A DNA stretch of 63,441 nucleotides, filler included, from Thermodesulfobacteriota bacterium (GTDB lineage Bacteria > DASVDK01): assembly GCA_036381125.1 (NCBI GenBank). It is 5 parts of 5 records of this genome, joined end to end, with 100 filler letters (N's around TTAATTAATTAA, not from the genome) between each part and the next. Parts side by side here need not be neighbours in the genome. Positions count along the whole stretch, not along the records: positions 32,015 to 44,306 come from DASVDK010000283.1; positions 44,407 to 57,668 come from DASVDK010000284.1; 3 more parts are not named here. One strand, given 5' to 3'. The notes under the pieces were generated by a model. It did no database searches, was not told the DNA's origin, and saw nothing but the letters and a program-made list of their open reading frames with translations. Shown in pieces: positions 38,318 to 47,151 of this stretch. Every line of letters starts with the position of its first letter. Position 1 is the first letter of the stretch. The position numbers and the translations under genes were made by a program.

Positions 38318-39556
38318 TCAGCCGTCGGTCACCGCCAGGAGCGCGTCGAGACGCGGCTCGACCACCGGCGGCTCGGGCACGAGCGTGGCGAGCACGGCCG
38401 GGTCCTTGAGCCCGTGGCCGGTCACGAGCGCGACGACGCGGGCCCCCTCCCCGATGGCTCCCCTCCGACGCAGCTCCGCGATGCCGGCCACGCCGGCCGC
38501 GCCGGTCGGCTCGGCCAGGACCCCCTCGTCCCGCGCGAGGTCGCGCGTCGCCTCGAGGATCCGCGCGTCGCTCACCGCCACGGCCGCCCCGCCCGACCGG
38601 CGCGCGGCGGCCAGCGTGAGCGTGCCGTCGTCGGCGTACCCCTGGAGCGGATCGCGGATGCCGCTCGCCACGGTGTCCGGCGTCCCCCACGCCTCCACCT
38701 CGTCGGCGCCGGCCGCGAACGCCCGGGCCACCGGCGCGCACCCCTCCGCCTGGACGGCCACCATCCGGGGCACGCGGTCGGCGAGCCCCAGCGCGCGGAG
38801 CTCCTCGAAGCCCTTGAGCGTCCCGACGAGCAGGGGGCCCGAGCCGACCGGTACCATGACCCAGTCGGGGACCGTCCCGCCGCACTGCCGGAGAAGCTCG
38901 TACGCGACGGTCTTGTTCCCCTCGGTCGGGAAGGCGCTGAGGCAGGTGGTCGTCACGTTGTACCAGCCGGTGTGCCGGGCCAGCTCGGCGGCCAGGGCGT
39001 AGGCCGCGCTGAAGTGCCCCCGGACGGCGACGAGGGTGGCGCCGTACATGGCGATCTGCGCGAGCTTGGCCTTGACGAGCCCCTCGGGCACGAGGACGAC
39101 CGCCGGCAGGCCCGCGCGCGCCGCGTAGGCCGAGACCGCGGCCCCCGCGTTGCCGCTCGAGGCGGTGACGACGCCGCCGACGCCGAGCTCGCGCGCCTTC
39201 GTGAGCGCCACCGAGACCGGCCGGTCCTTGAAGGACCCGGTCGGGTTCGCGGACTCGAGCTTGAGGAGGAGCTCGCCGACGCCGAGCCGCGCGGCCAGGC
39301 GCGGCGCCCGCACGAGCGGCGTCGCCCCCTCGCCGAGGGAGACCGGCGCCACGTTCGCGGCGACGGGGAGGAGCGTTCGCACGCCCCACATGCCGGCCGC
39401 TTCCGCCGTCACCTCGCGCGCGGCGCCGGCCCGCCGCGCCGCCTCCATGTCGTACCGCACGTCGAGGATGCCGCCGCAGGCCGGGCAGCGGTAGCGCTCC
39501 CCGAGGGAGTGCGTTCGCCCGCACCGTACGCATGCCAGACAGGTCGCCGTCGTCAT
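38318..39556 (-). CDS. Threonine synthase-like PLP enzyme
   Basis: CxxC/CxxC N-terminus, SLGEGATPL, NPTGSFKDR, ASSGNAG, EGNKT, TGHGLKDP. Confidence 0.88.
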   Translation of the reverse strand: MTTATCLACVRCGRTHSLGERYRCPACGGILDVRYDMEAARRAGAAREVTAEAAGMWGVRTLLPVAANVAPVSLGEGATPLVRAPRLAARLGVGELLLKLESANPTGSFKDRPVSVALTKARELGVGGVVTASSGNAGAAVSAYAARAGLPAVVLVPEGLVKAKLAQIAMYGATLVAVRGHFSAAYALAAELARHTGWYNVTTTCLSAFPTEGNKTVAYELLRQCGGTVPDWVMVPVGSGPLLVGTLKGFEELRALGLADRVPRMVAVQAEGCAPVARAFAAGADEVEAWGTPDTVASGIRDPLQGYADDGTLTLAAARRSGGAAVAVSDARILEATRDLARDEGVLAEPTGAAGVAGIAELRRRGAIGEGARVVALVTGHGLKDPAVLATLVPEPPVVEPRLDALLAVTDG

Positions 39557-40806
39557 CGTCGCCCCCCACCGAGGTAATCGAACGCCGCGAGCGCGTAGAT
39601 CTTCGCCGCCTGCACGACCGACTCGACGGCGACGTACTCGTTCGGCCCGTGACAGACCGTGAGGAGGCCGGGGCCGAACGAGGGGATCGTGGGGATCCCG
39701 GCGCGCGCGTGGAAGTCGAAGGCGTCGGTGGCGCCGGGGAACCCGCCGAGCGGCGGCGGCTGCCCCAGCACCGTCGAGGCGGCCCGGAGGACCGAGCCGA
39801 CGAGCGGCTCGTCCGGCGGCACCTCCGGGATCGGGGCCTGGTCGTCCGCTCCCGCGGGGAGGTCGCGCACGAGGTCGATCCTGAGCCCCGGGTCCTCGCG
39901 CCGCAGCCGCTCGACGAAGGCGTTCACCTGCCGCCACGCCTCGGCGGCCGTGATCCCGGGAGGCAGCCTGAGATCGGATCGGAACTCCGCCCGACCCGGC
40001 ACGACGCCGTAGAAGACGCCGCCGTCGACGGTGACGCCGATGTTGTGCGTCACCCCGGCGGGATAGTAGGGATGGGGCGGCATCTCGACCCGGAACTCGC
40101 GCGCCATCCGGTCGAGCACCGCGGCCATCTTCTGCACCGCGTTCGTGACCGGCAGCCGGTCCGAGAGGCTGCTGTGGGCCTGCGTGCCGTGGACGCGCGT
40201 CCGGAAGCCGAGCGTGCCGCGCGCGGCGAGGCAGAGCGCCTCCCAGTCGCGCGCCACCCCGCAGGGCTCGCCGACGAGCCCCGCGTCGGCCCGCAGGTCG
40301 GCCTCCTCCGACAGGTACCGCGCCCCGAGCCGGCCGCCGGCCTCCTCGTCCGCCGTGAAGACGAGCAGCAGATCGCCGGCGAGAGGGGCGTCCGCCTCGG
40401 CGAGGACCGCGGCCGCCACCGCCATGGCGGCCACCGCGCCCTTCATGTCGGCCGTGCCGAGGCCGTAGAGACGTCCCTCCTCCAGGACCGGGGTGAAGGG
40501 ATCGGTCCGCCAGAGGTGCGCCGCGTCCTCGCCGACCGGCTTGGTGTCCATGTGGCCGGAGAGCATGAGGACCGGGCCCGGCTTTCGCCCTCGGAGGCGG
40601 ACGACGAGGTTCGGCCGCTCCGGCGCCTTCGCGAGGACCCGCTGGTCGCCGAGCCCGACCGACCGCAGGTAGCCGCCGAGGAGGTCGGCCACCGCCCGCT
40701 CGTCGCCGCCCGGGTTGATGCTCGGCGTCCGGACGAGGCGGTCGAGCAGCGCGAGCAGCTCCTCGCGACGCGCGTCGACCCTCGCGAGGATCGCCTCGGG
40801 CCTCAC
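39553..40806 (-). CDS. M20 family deacylase (ArgE/DapE-like)
   Basis: LSGHMDT, GLGTADMKG, ADEEAGG, HGPNEYV. Confidence 0.9.
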   Translation of the reverse strand: MRPEAILARVDARREELLALLDRLVRTPSINPGGDERAVADLLGGYLRSVGLGDQRVLAKAPERPNLVVRLRGRKPGPVLMLSGHMDTKPVGEDAAHLWRTDPFTPVLEEGRLYGLGTADMKGAVAAMAVAAAVLAEADAPLAGDLLLVFTADEEAGGRLGARYLSEEADLRADAGLVGEPCGVARDWEALCLAARGTLGFRTRVHGTQAHSSLSDRLPVTNAVQKMAAVLDRMAREFRVEMPPHPYYPAGVTHNIGVTVDGGVFYGVVPGRAEFRSDLRLPPGITAAEAWRQVNAFVERLRREDPGLRIDLVRDLPAGADDQAPIPEVPPDEPLVGSVLRAASTVLGQPPPLGGFPGATDAFDFHARAGIPTIPSFGPGLLTVCHGPNEYVAVESVVQAAKIYALAAFDYLGGGRR

Positions 40807-42389
40807 GGCACGCTCCTGCCGGGCCGGCGTCCGGTCGGCTCGCCGTCGCGCAGGACCCACTCGCCGTTCACCATGACGTGCCGCACGCCGACCGGCGCGC
40901 GCGTCGGCTCGTCGTAGGTCGACCGATCGGCGACCCGGTCCGCCTCGAGGAGGACGAGGTCGGCGAAGGCCCCGGGCGCGATGCGGCCGCGCCCCGTGAG
41001 GCCGAACCGCGCGGCCGGCAGGCCGGTCATGAGGTGCACGAGACGCTCGAGCGGCAGCCGGCCCGTCTCCCGTCCCACCCGCAGCACGCGGGGGAAGGCG
41101 CCGTACGTGCGCGGGTGCGGGAACTCGGCCGCCGGGATGGCGTCGCTGCCGATCATGTAGTCGCCCCGCGCGAGGAGGTGCATCAGCTCCGCGTCGAAGC
41201 GCCGCCACCCGTCGTCCATCGGCGGCACGGCGTCGCGGCACCCCACCGCGAGGTCCTCCTCGTCGAGCAGCGCGAGGACCGTCTCGGCCACCGACAGGCC
41301 GCGGTCGCGCGCCGCCTCGTCGATCGTCCGGCCGAGGTACCGCCGGTTGCGGCCGCTCGGGAGGTGGGCCAGCGTCGCGCCGTGCGGGCGTATGGCGTTG
41401 GCCTCGATGCCGGCGAGCATCTCGGCCCGGCGCTCGCCCGAGCGGATCCGGGCGAGGAGCGCGTCCGGCCCCCCCTCGTGCGCGAAGGCCGGCAGGTAGA
41501 TGAGCGCGAAGGTGTTCCCCGAGGGGTACGGGTAGAGCTCGAGCGTGACGTCCACGCCGTCCGCCTTCGCCCGGTCCACCGGCGCGGTGAGCGCGTCGGG
41601 GCTCTCGTAGCGCCACGGCTTGGGGCCGAAGTGGGAGACGTGGACCGCGACCCCGCTCCGCCGGCCGATCTCGAGCGCCTCCTCGAGGCCCGCGAGGAGC
41701 CAGTCGGCCGGCGGGACGTCGAAGACGGTCCGGATGTGCGTGACGTAGGGCCGCCCCGCCTCGGCCGCCACGCGGCAGAGCGCGACCAGCTCGCGCGTAT
41801 CGGCGTACGCGTTCGGAAAGTAGCTGAGGCCGGTCGAGAAGGCGACGGCGCCCTCCTCGAAGCCGCGCTCGAGGAGCGCCCGCGCGCGGCCGAGCGTGGC
41901 GTCGTCGAGCGGCACGTCCCGGAACCCCACCGTCTCGAGCCGCAGCGCCGCGTGCGGGACGGCGTACGCGGTGTTCACCGACGCGCGGCGGTCGAGCGCG
42001 CGCCGGTACTCGGCGACCGACGACCAGCGCGCCTCGACCTCCGGGTTGCCGTTGAGGCCGACGAGGTACCGGCGCAGGAGGTCGAGGTTGGCCGAGCCGA
42101 GCGGCGCGTACGAGAGCCCGTCCTGGCCGAGGATCACCGTCGTCACGCCCTGCCGGAGGGCGCAGGCGTGGACCGGGTCGGCGAAGAGGGAGAGGTCGCC
42201 GTGCATGTGGGTGTCGATGAAGCCGGGCGCGGCGACGAGGCCCGCGGCGTCGACGACGGCCCCGGCCTCCACCCGCTCCCACAGCCCGACGTCGACGATC
42301 CGGTCGTCGCGGACGAGGATGTCGGCCCGGCGGGGCGGCGCCCCCGTCCCGTCGACCACGGTCGCGCCGCGCACGAGGGTCGTCGTCAC
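40803..42389 (-). CDS. N-acyl-D-amino-acid deacylase family protein
   Basis: VVDGTG, APGFIDTHMH, QGVTT.ILGQDG, HPRTYGAFPR, GAFADLV. Confidence 0.9.
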   Translation of the reverse strand: MTTTLVRGATVVDGTGAPPRRADILVRDDRIVDVGLWERVEAGAVVDAAGLVAAPGFIDTHMHGDLSLFADPVHACALRQGVTTVILGQDGLSYAPLGSANLDLLRRYLVGLNGNPEVEARWSSVAEYRRALDRRASVNTAYAVPHAALRLETVGFRDVPLDDATLGRARALLERGFEEGAVAFSTGLSYFPNAYADTRELVALCRVAAEAGRPYVTHIRTVFDVPPADWLLAGLEEALEIGRRSGVAVHVSHFGPKPWRYESPDALTAPVDRAKADGVDVTLELYPYPSGNTFALIYLPAFAHEGGPDALLARIRSGERRAEMLAGIEANAIRPHGATLAHLPSGRNRRYLGRTIDEAARDRGLSVAETVLALLDEEDLAVGCRDAVPPMDDGWRRFDAELMHLLARGDYMIGSDAIPAAEFPHPRTYGAFPRVLRVGRETGRLPLERLVHLMTGLPAARFGLTGRGRIAPGAFADLVLLEADRVADRSTYDEPTRAPVGVRHVMVNGEWVLRDGEPTGRRPGRSVP

Positions 42390-43237
42390 AGGCCCACCGC
42401 CTTGCGCATGTAGGGATCGAGCGAGTCGCGCACGCCGTCTCCGAGGAGGTTGAGCCCGAGCACGGTCCAGAAGATGGCGAGCCCGGGGAAGAGGGTCATC
42501 CAGAGCGCCCGGCCGATGTACGCCCGCCCCTCGCTGAGGATCGTCCCCCAGGTGGGCACCTCGGGCGGGACGCCGATGCCGAGGAAGGAGAGGCTCGCCT
42601 CGCCGAGGATCGCGTAGGCGAAGATGAACGTCCACTGCACGACGATCGGCGAGACGCAGTTCGGCGTCACGTAGCGGGCGATGATGCTCGGGTCGGTCGA
42701 GCCGATGGCCCTGGCCGACTCGACGTAGCTCGCCTCCCGGACGACGAGCACGGCGCTCCGCACGACGCGCGCCATGCGGGGCGCGTAGGTGATGCCGAGC
42801 GCCACGACGATGCCGGTGACGCTCGCACCGAGCATCGCCATGAGCAGGATGGCCAGGACGATGTTCGGGAACGCCATGAACCCGTCCATGAGGCGCATGA
42901 GCGCGTTGTCCAGGCGGGAGTAGTAGCCCCCCACGAGCCCGACGAGGCCGCCCGCCACCAGCGCGAACCCGCTGACGAGGAAGCCGACGAGGAGCGACAC
43001 CCGCGCGCCGTGCACCACGCGAGAGAGCACGTCGCGCCCGAGGTCGTCGGTGCCGAACCAGTGGCCCGCGCTCGGCGCCTGCAGGCGGTTGACCACGTCG
43101 AGGTCGTTCGGTCCCGGGATCGGGAGCCAGGGCGCGGCGAGCGCGACGACGAGCATCACGAGGACCGCGACGCTCCCCGCCAGGCTGCTCGGCCGCCCGC
43201 CGAGGGCCCCCATCGCGGCCGCGGCGCGGCCCCTCAT
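42386..43237 (-). CDS. Peptide ABC permease (DppC/OppC-like)
   Basis: HWFGTDDLGRDVLSR, EASLSFLGIG, NLLGDGVRD.LDP. Confidence 0.92.
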   Translation of the reverse strand: MRGRAAAAMGALGGRPSSLAGSVAVLVMLVVALAAPWLPIPGPNDLDVVNRLQAPSAGHWFGTDDLGRDVLSRVVHGARVSLLVGFLVSGFALVAGGLVGLVGGYYSRLDNALMRLMDGFMAFPNIVLAILLMAMLGASVTGIVVALGITYAPRMARVVRSAVLVVREASYVESARAIGSTDPSIIARYVTPNCVSPIVVQWTFIFAYAILGEASLSFLGIGVPPEVPTWGTILSEGRAYIGRALWMTLFPGLAIFWTVLGLNLLGDGVRDSLDPYMRKAVGL

Positions 43238-44181
43238 CCGTACCTGACGCGCGGGTCGATGTAGACGTAGAGCACGTCGACCAGCAGGTTGAAGAGCACG
43301 TAGGCGATCGCGATGTAGAGGACCACGCCCTGGATCAGGGTGTAGTCGCGCCGCAGCACCGACTCGACGAGGAGGCGCCCGATCCCCGGGATGTTGAACA
43401 CCGTCTCCACCACGATGGCGCCGCCCAGCGCCAGCGCGAAGACGAGGCCGACGACCGTGACGACCGAGACCAGGACGTTGCGGAACGCGTGCTTCGCGAC
43501 GACGCCGAACGCGCCGACCCCCTTGGCCCGCGCCGTGCGGACGTAGTCCTGCGAGAGCACCTCGATCATCGCCCCGCGCGTCATCCGGGCGATGAGGGCC
43601 GACTGGACGAAGCCGACGGCGAAGGCCGGCATGACGAGGCAACGGAGGGCCGCGAGGAGGCCCCCTTCGGCGATCGGCACGTAGCCCGCGACCGGGAACC
43701 AGCGGAGGTCGACGCCGAAGACGACGACGAGGTTCAGGGCGAGCCAGAACTCGGGGATCGAGACGCCCGAGAGGGCGAGGAGCATGAAGAACTGGTCGAC
43801 CAGGCCGCCCTTGCGGACGGCGGAGAGGACGCCGGCCGGGACGCCGATCGCGATCGCCACGGCCACCGCGCCGAAGGTCAGGAGCACCGTCGGCTCGAGC
43901 CGGTCGGCGATGGCCGCGGTCACCGGCCGGTCGAGGAAGAGCGAGCGCCCGAGGTCCCCGGTGAGGGCGCGCCCCACCCAGGCGAGGAACTGGACGTGGA
44001 TCGGCCGGTCGAGCCCGAGGTCGTGCCGCATCGACTCGATCACCTCGGGGCGCGCGTCCGAGCCGAGCATCACGAGCACCGGATCGCCCGGGGCGAGCTG
44101 GACCGCGACGAAGACGATGACCGCGACCAGCGCGACGACGGGCACCGCGGACAGGAGTCGCCGGAGAACGTATCGGGACAT
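43234..44181 (-). CDS. Peptide ABC permease (DppB/OppB-like)
   Basis: APGDP, GDLGRS, DYVRTARAKG, VETVFNIPGIG, IDPRVRY. Confidence 0.93.
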   Translation of the reverse strand: MSRYVLRRLLSAVPVVALVAVIVFVAVQLAPGDPVLVMLGSDARPEVIESMRHDLGLDRPIHVQFLAWVGRALTGDLGRSLFLDRPVTAAIADRLEPTVLLTFGAVAVAIAIGVPAGVLSAVRKGGLVDQFFMLLALSGVSIPEFWLALNLVVVFGVDLRWFPVAGYVPIAEGGLLAALRCLVMPAFAVGFVQSALIARMTRGAMIEVLSQDYVRTARAKGVGAFGVVAKHAFRNVLVSVVTVVGLVFALALGGAIVVETVFNIPGIGRLLVESVLRRDYTLIQGVVLYIAIAYVLFNLLVDVLYVYIDPRVRYG

Positions 44182-44245
44182 GCCGCCCTCGGGTCAGGCG
44201 CGGGGGCCGGCCTCGGCCGGCCCCCGCGACGCAAGTGCGTCGGCC

Positions 44246-44305
44246 CTACCTGGTCCAGGTGTTCCAGAAGGGCATCGTGTAGATCTCCTGCACGCCCTCG
44301 AGCTT
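44246..44305 (-). CDS. C-terminal tail of probable peptide ABC substrate-binding protein (partial)
   Basis: KLEGVQEIYTMPFWNTWTR* upstream of dppB. Confidence 0.55.
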   Translation of the reverse strand, partial: KLEGVQEIYTMPFWNTWTR

Positions 44306-44306
44306 C

Positions 44307-44406
44307 NNNNNNNNNNNNNNNNNNNNNNNNNNNNNNNNNNNNNNNNNNNNTTAATTAATTAANNNNNNNNNNNNNNNNNNNNNNNNNNNNNNNNNNNNNN
44401 NNNNNN
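44307..44406. other. Artificial contig linker
   Basis: N-run with TTAATTAATTAA. Confidence 0.99.
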
Positions 44407-45149
44407 CCGCCGGCATGGCGGAGGAGCTGGCGGCGCTCGACGCCCTCGAGTCGCGCATCGCGGAGGCCGAGCGGATCGCCGCACGGCTCGAGCGCGAGGC
44501 GCGGGCGGAGGCGGAGCGGCTCTCGGGGTCGCGGCGGGAGGCGGCCGGCCGGCTCGCGAGAGAGGTGGAGGCGACGCTCGCCGCCCTCGGCATGTCGCGC
44601 GCCCGCTTCGAGGTCGGCTTCGCGCAGGCCGGTGAGCCCCCCGCGCTCGGACCCCGCGGTCTCGACCGGGTCGAGTTCCTGCTCGCCGCGAACCCCGGCG
44701 AGCCCCCCAGGGCGCTGGCGCGCGTGGCGTCGGGCGGCGAGCTGTCGCGCGTCATGCTGGCGCTGAAGGGGCTCCTCTTCGAGGCGGGCGAGGCGACCGC
44801 GTACGTGTTCGACGAGGTCGATGCCGGCGTGGGGGGCGCCGTGGCCGAGGTGGTGGGGCGGGAGCTGACGCGGCTCGCCTCGAGGGCCCAGGTGCTCTGC
44901 ATCACCCACCTGCCGCAGATCGCCGCCTTCGCCGACCAGCACCTGCGCGTCGTCAAGGCGGTGGAGGGGGGCCGGGCCGTCACGCGCGTGGAGCCGCTCG
45001 ACGCCGAGGCGCGGGTCGAGGAGCTGTCGCGCATGATGGCCGGCCGCGTCATCACCGATGCCGCCCGCGAGCATGCCGCCGCCCTCATCGCCCAGGCCCG
45101 GGGCGCCGCCCGCGAGCGCGCCGGCGGGGTCCGCAGGGCGCGCCGGTGA
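44407..45149 (+). CDS. recN: DNA repair protein RecN, C-terminal part
   Basis: [42 protein letters not shown]. Confidence 0.93.
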
Positions 45150-46498
45150 AGGCCAGGGCGCCGGCCGACATCGTCGCCGCGGTGGCGCGGCGCCTCGCCG
45201 GACGGGGGGCCGCGGCGTTCGAGATCTACTTCGAGTCCGCGCGGTCGATCGAGGTCGAGGTGAAGGGGGGCGAGGTGGAGCGGACGCAGGCGGCGAACGA
45301 GGCGGGCGTCGCGCTGCGCGTGCTCGTCGACGGGCGGGCCGGCTTCGCCTCCACGACCCGGCTCGACGCGACCGGGCTCGAGCGCGCCGTCGACCGCGCG
45401 CTGGCCGGCGCGAAGGTGGCGACCCCGGACCCCACGATGCGCTTCGCGCCCCCCGCGGCGCCCGAGCCGATCGACGCCGAGGACCCCGCGCTCGCCTCGC
45501 GCACCCAGGCCGAGCGGATCGACGCCGCCCGCCGGCTCGAGGCGGCCGCGTTCGCGGCCGATCGGCGCGTCGCGCGCGTCCGGGGCGCCACCTACCGGGA
45601 GGAGTGGCGCGAGGTCTACCTCGCCACCTCCGAGGGCTTCGCGGGCGGACACCGCTCGTCGCGCGTGAGCGCCAGCCTCGAGGCGGCGGCCGAGGAGGGG
45701 GCGCTGGCCGAGGCGGCCTGGGAGTACGCCGTGGCGCCGAGGCTGGACGGCCTCGACGTGGAGGCGGTGGGGCGCGAGGCGGGCCGCCGCGCGGCGGCGC
45801 TCCTCGGCGCCGTCGTCCCGCCCACGGGACGGGGGCCGGCCATCCTCGACCGCGCCGTGGCGTGCGACCTCCTCGAGGTGCTCGCCGAGTCCTTCACGGC
45901 CGACGCGGTCCAGAAGGGACGCTCGCTCCTGGCCGCGCGCCGGGTGGCGCCGGGCGCCCCGCTGCTGTCGCCGCTCCTCACCCTGGTCGACGACGGGCGC
46001 GACACGCGGGCCGGGCGGGGCGCGCCGTTCGACGACGAAGGGGTGCCGACCGGCCGGACGGTGCTCGTCGAGGGGGGCCGCTTCGCCGGCCTGCTCTACG
46101 ACGCGCGGACGGCGGCCCGCGAAGGGCGTCGGTCGACCGGCAACGGCGTACGCGACGGGCTCGCCGGCCCGCCCTCGGTCGGCGTGACCACCATCCGGAT
46201 CGAGCCGGGCCACCTCTCGCCCGAGGCGCTCGCGGCCCGCATGGGCGAGGGGCTGCTCGTGACCGAGGTGCTCGGGATGCACACGGCCGACCCGGTGACC
46301 GGGGACTTCTCCGTCGGGGCGAGCGGGTTCCTCGTCGCCGGCGGCGAGCGGGGGCGGCCGGTGCGCGGCCTCGCCCTCGCCGGCAACCTGGTCGACCTCC
46401 TCGGCCGCGTGACGGCCGTGGGCAACGACGTCCGGGTAGGAGCCTCCACGGCGGCTCCCAGCCTGCTCGTCGACGAGCTGGCGGTCAGCGGAGGGTAG
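45146..46498 (+). CDS. pmbA: TldE/PmbA family protein
   Basis: PFDDEGVP, STGNG, MHTADPVTGDFSVGASGF, V.VSGG end; no HE..GH. Confidence 0.85.
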   Translation: MKARAPADIVAAVARRLAGRGAAAFEIYFESARSIEVEVKGGEVERTQAANEAGVALRVLVDGRAGFASTTRLDATGLERAVDRALAGAKVATPDPTMRFAPPAAPEPIDAEDPALASRTQAERIDAARRLEAAAFAADRRVARVRGATYREEWREVYLATSEGFAGGHRSSRVSASLEAAAEEGALAEAAWEYAVAPRLDGLDVEAVGREAGRRAAALLGAVVPPTGRGPAILDRAVACDLLEVLAESFTADAVQKGRSLLAARRVAPGAPLLSPLLTLVDDGRDTRAGRGAPFDDEGVPTGRTVLVEGGRFAGLLYDARTAAREGRRSTGNGVRDGLAGPPSVGVTTIRIEPGHLSPEALAARMGEGLLVTEVLGMHTADPVTGDFSVGASGFLVAGGERGRPVRGLALAGNLVDLLGRVTAVGNDVRVGASTAAPSLLVDELAVSGG

Positions 46499-46503
46499 AC
46501 GCG

Positions 46504-46866
46504 ATGGGCCTCGACCGGACGGTCATCCGGAGCGCCGGCGGCGGCGAGGAGGGGGGCCGGCTGCCGCGCGACAAGCGGGTCGTGCTCGTCGTCATCGACG
46601 GCCCGAGCCTCGGCCTCGAGCGGGAGGTCGACCACGTCCCGTTCAGCCTCGGCCGGCAGGGCGCCGACCTGACGCTCGCCGACCCCTCCGTCTCGCGGCT
46701 CCACGCCCTGCTCGTCCTCGACGGCGGCCGCTTCGTGCTGCGCGACCAGAACAGCACGAACGGCACCTTCGTCGAGGGCCACCGCGTCGAGCAGGCCGCG
46801 CTCTCGCACGGCGTTCGCTTCCGCCTCGGCGACACGACGCTGCAGTTCGTCCTCGAGAAGCGGTAG
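46504..46866 (+). CDS. FHA domain protein
   Basis: LGR, VSRLHA, DQNSTNGTFV. Confidence 0.9.
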   Translation: MGLDRTVIRSAGGGEEGGRLPRDKRVVLVVIDGPSLGLEREVDHVPFSLGRQGADLTLADPSVSRLHALLVLDGGRFVLRDQNSTNGTFVEGHRVEQAALSHGVRFRLGDTTLQFVLEKR

Positions 46867-47151
46867 GCGCCGGCGGCGCCCCCGGAGCGGGGCCCGGCTC
46901 CTGCCCTCACGCCCCCCCCGGGCCGGTGTCGCGCCGCACCGGAGCCTGCGTGCCGCGCCGTGTAACCGCCTCTGCAAAGGATGCGGGCCCGGCGGCCGCC
47001 GCGCGTCCGGCTCGCCCGCGTATCTCCGCTCCCCATCGGACGCTTCGGCCGCGTCCCGGCCGTCGCATGCCGTTTGCATGGCAGGCAAGACCCGGCGCGC
47101 ACACGGCGGCGAGCCGGGCCCCGAGGCCCGTTCGCAGAGGGACGAGCGACG

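Noticed and set aside
47063-47078. TCGCATGCCGTTTGCA as a sigma54 promoter for the MCP
   Set aside because: The invariant -24 GG is CG
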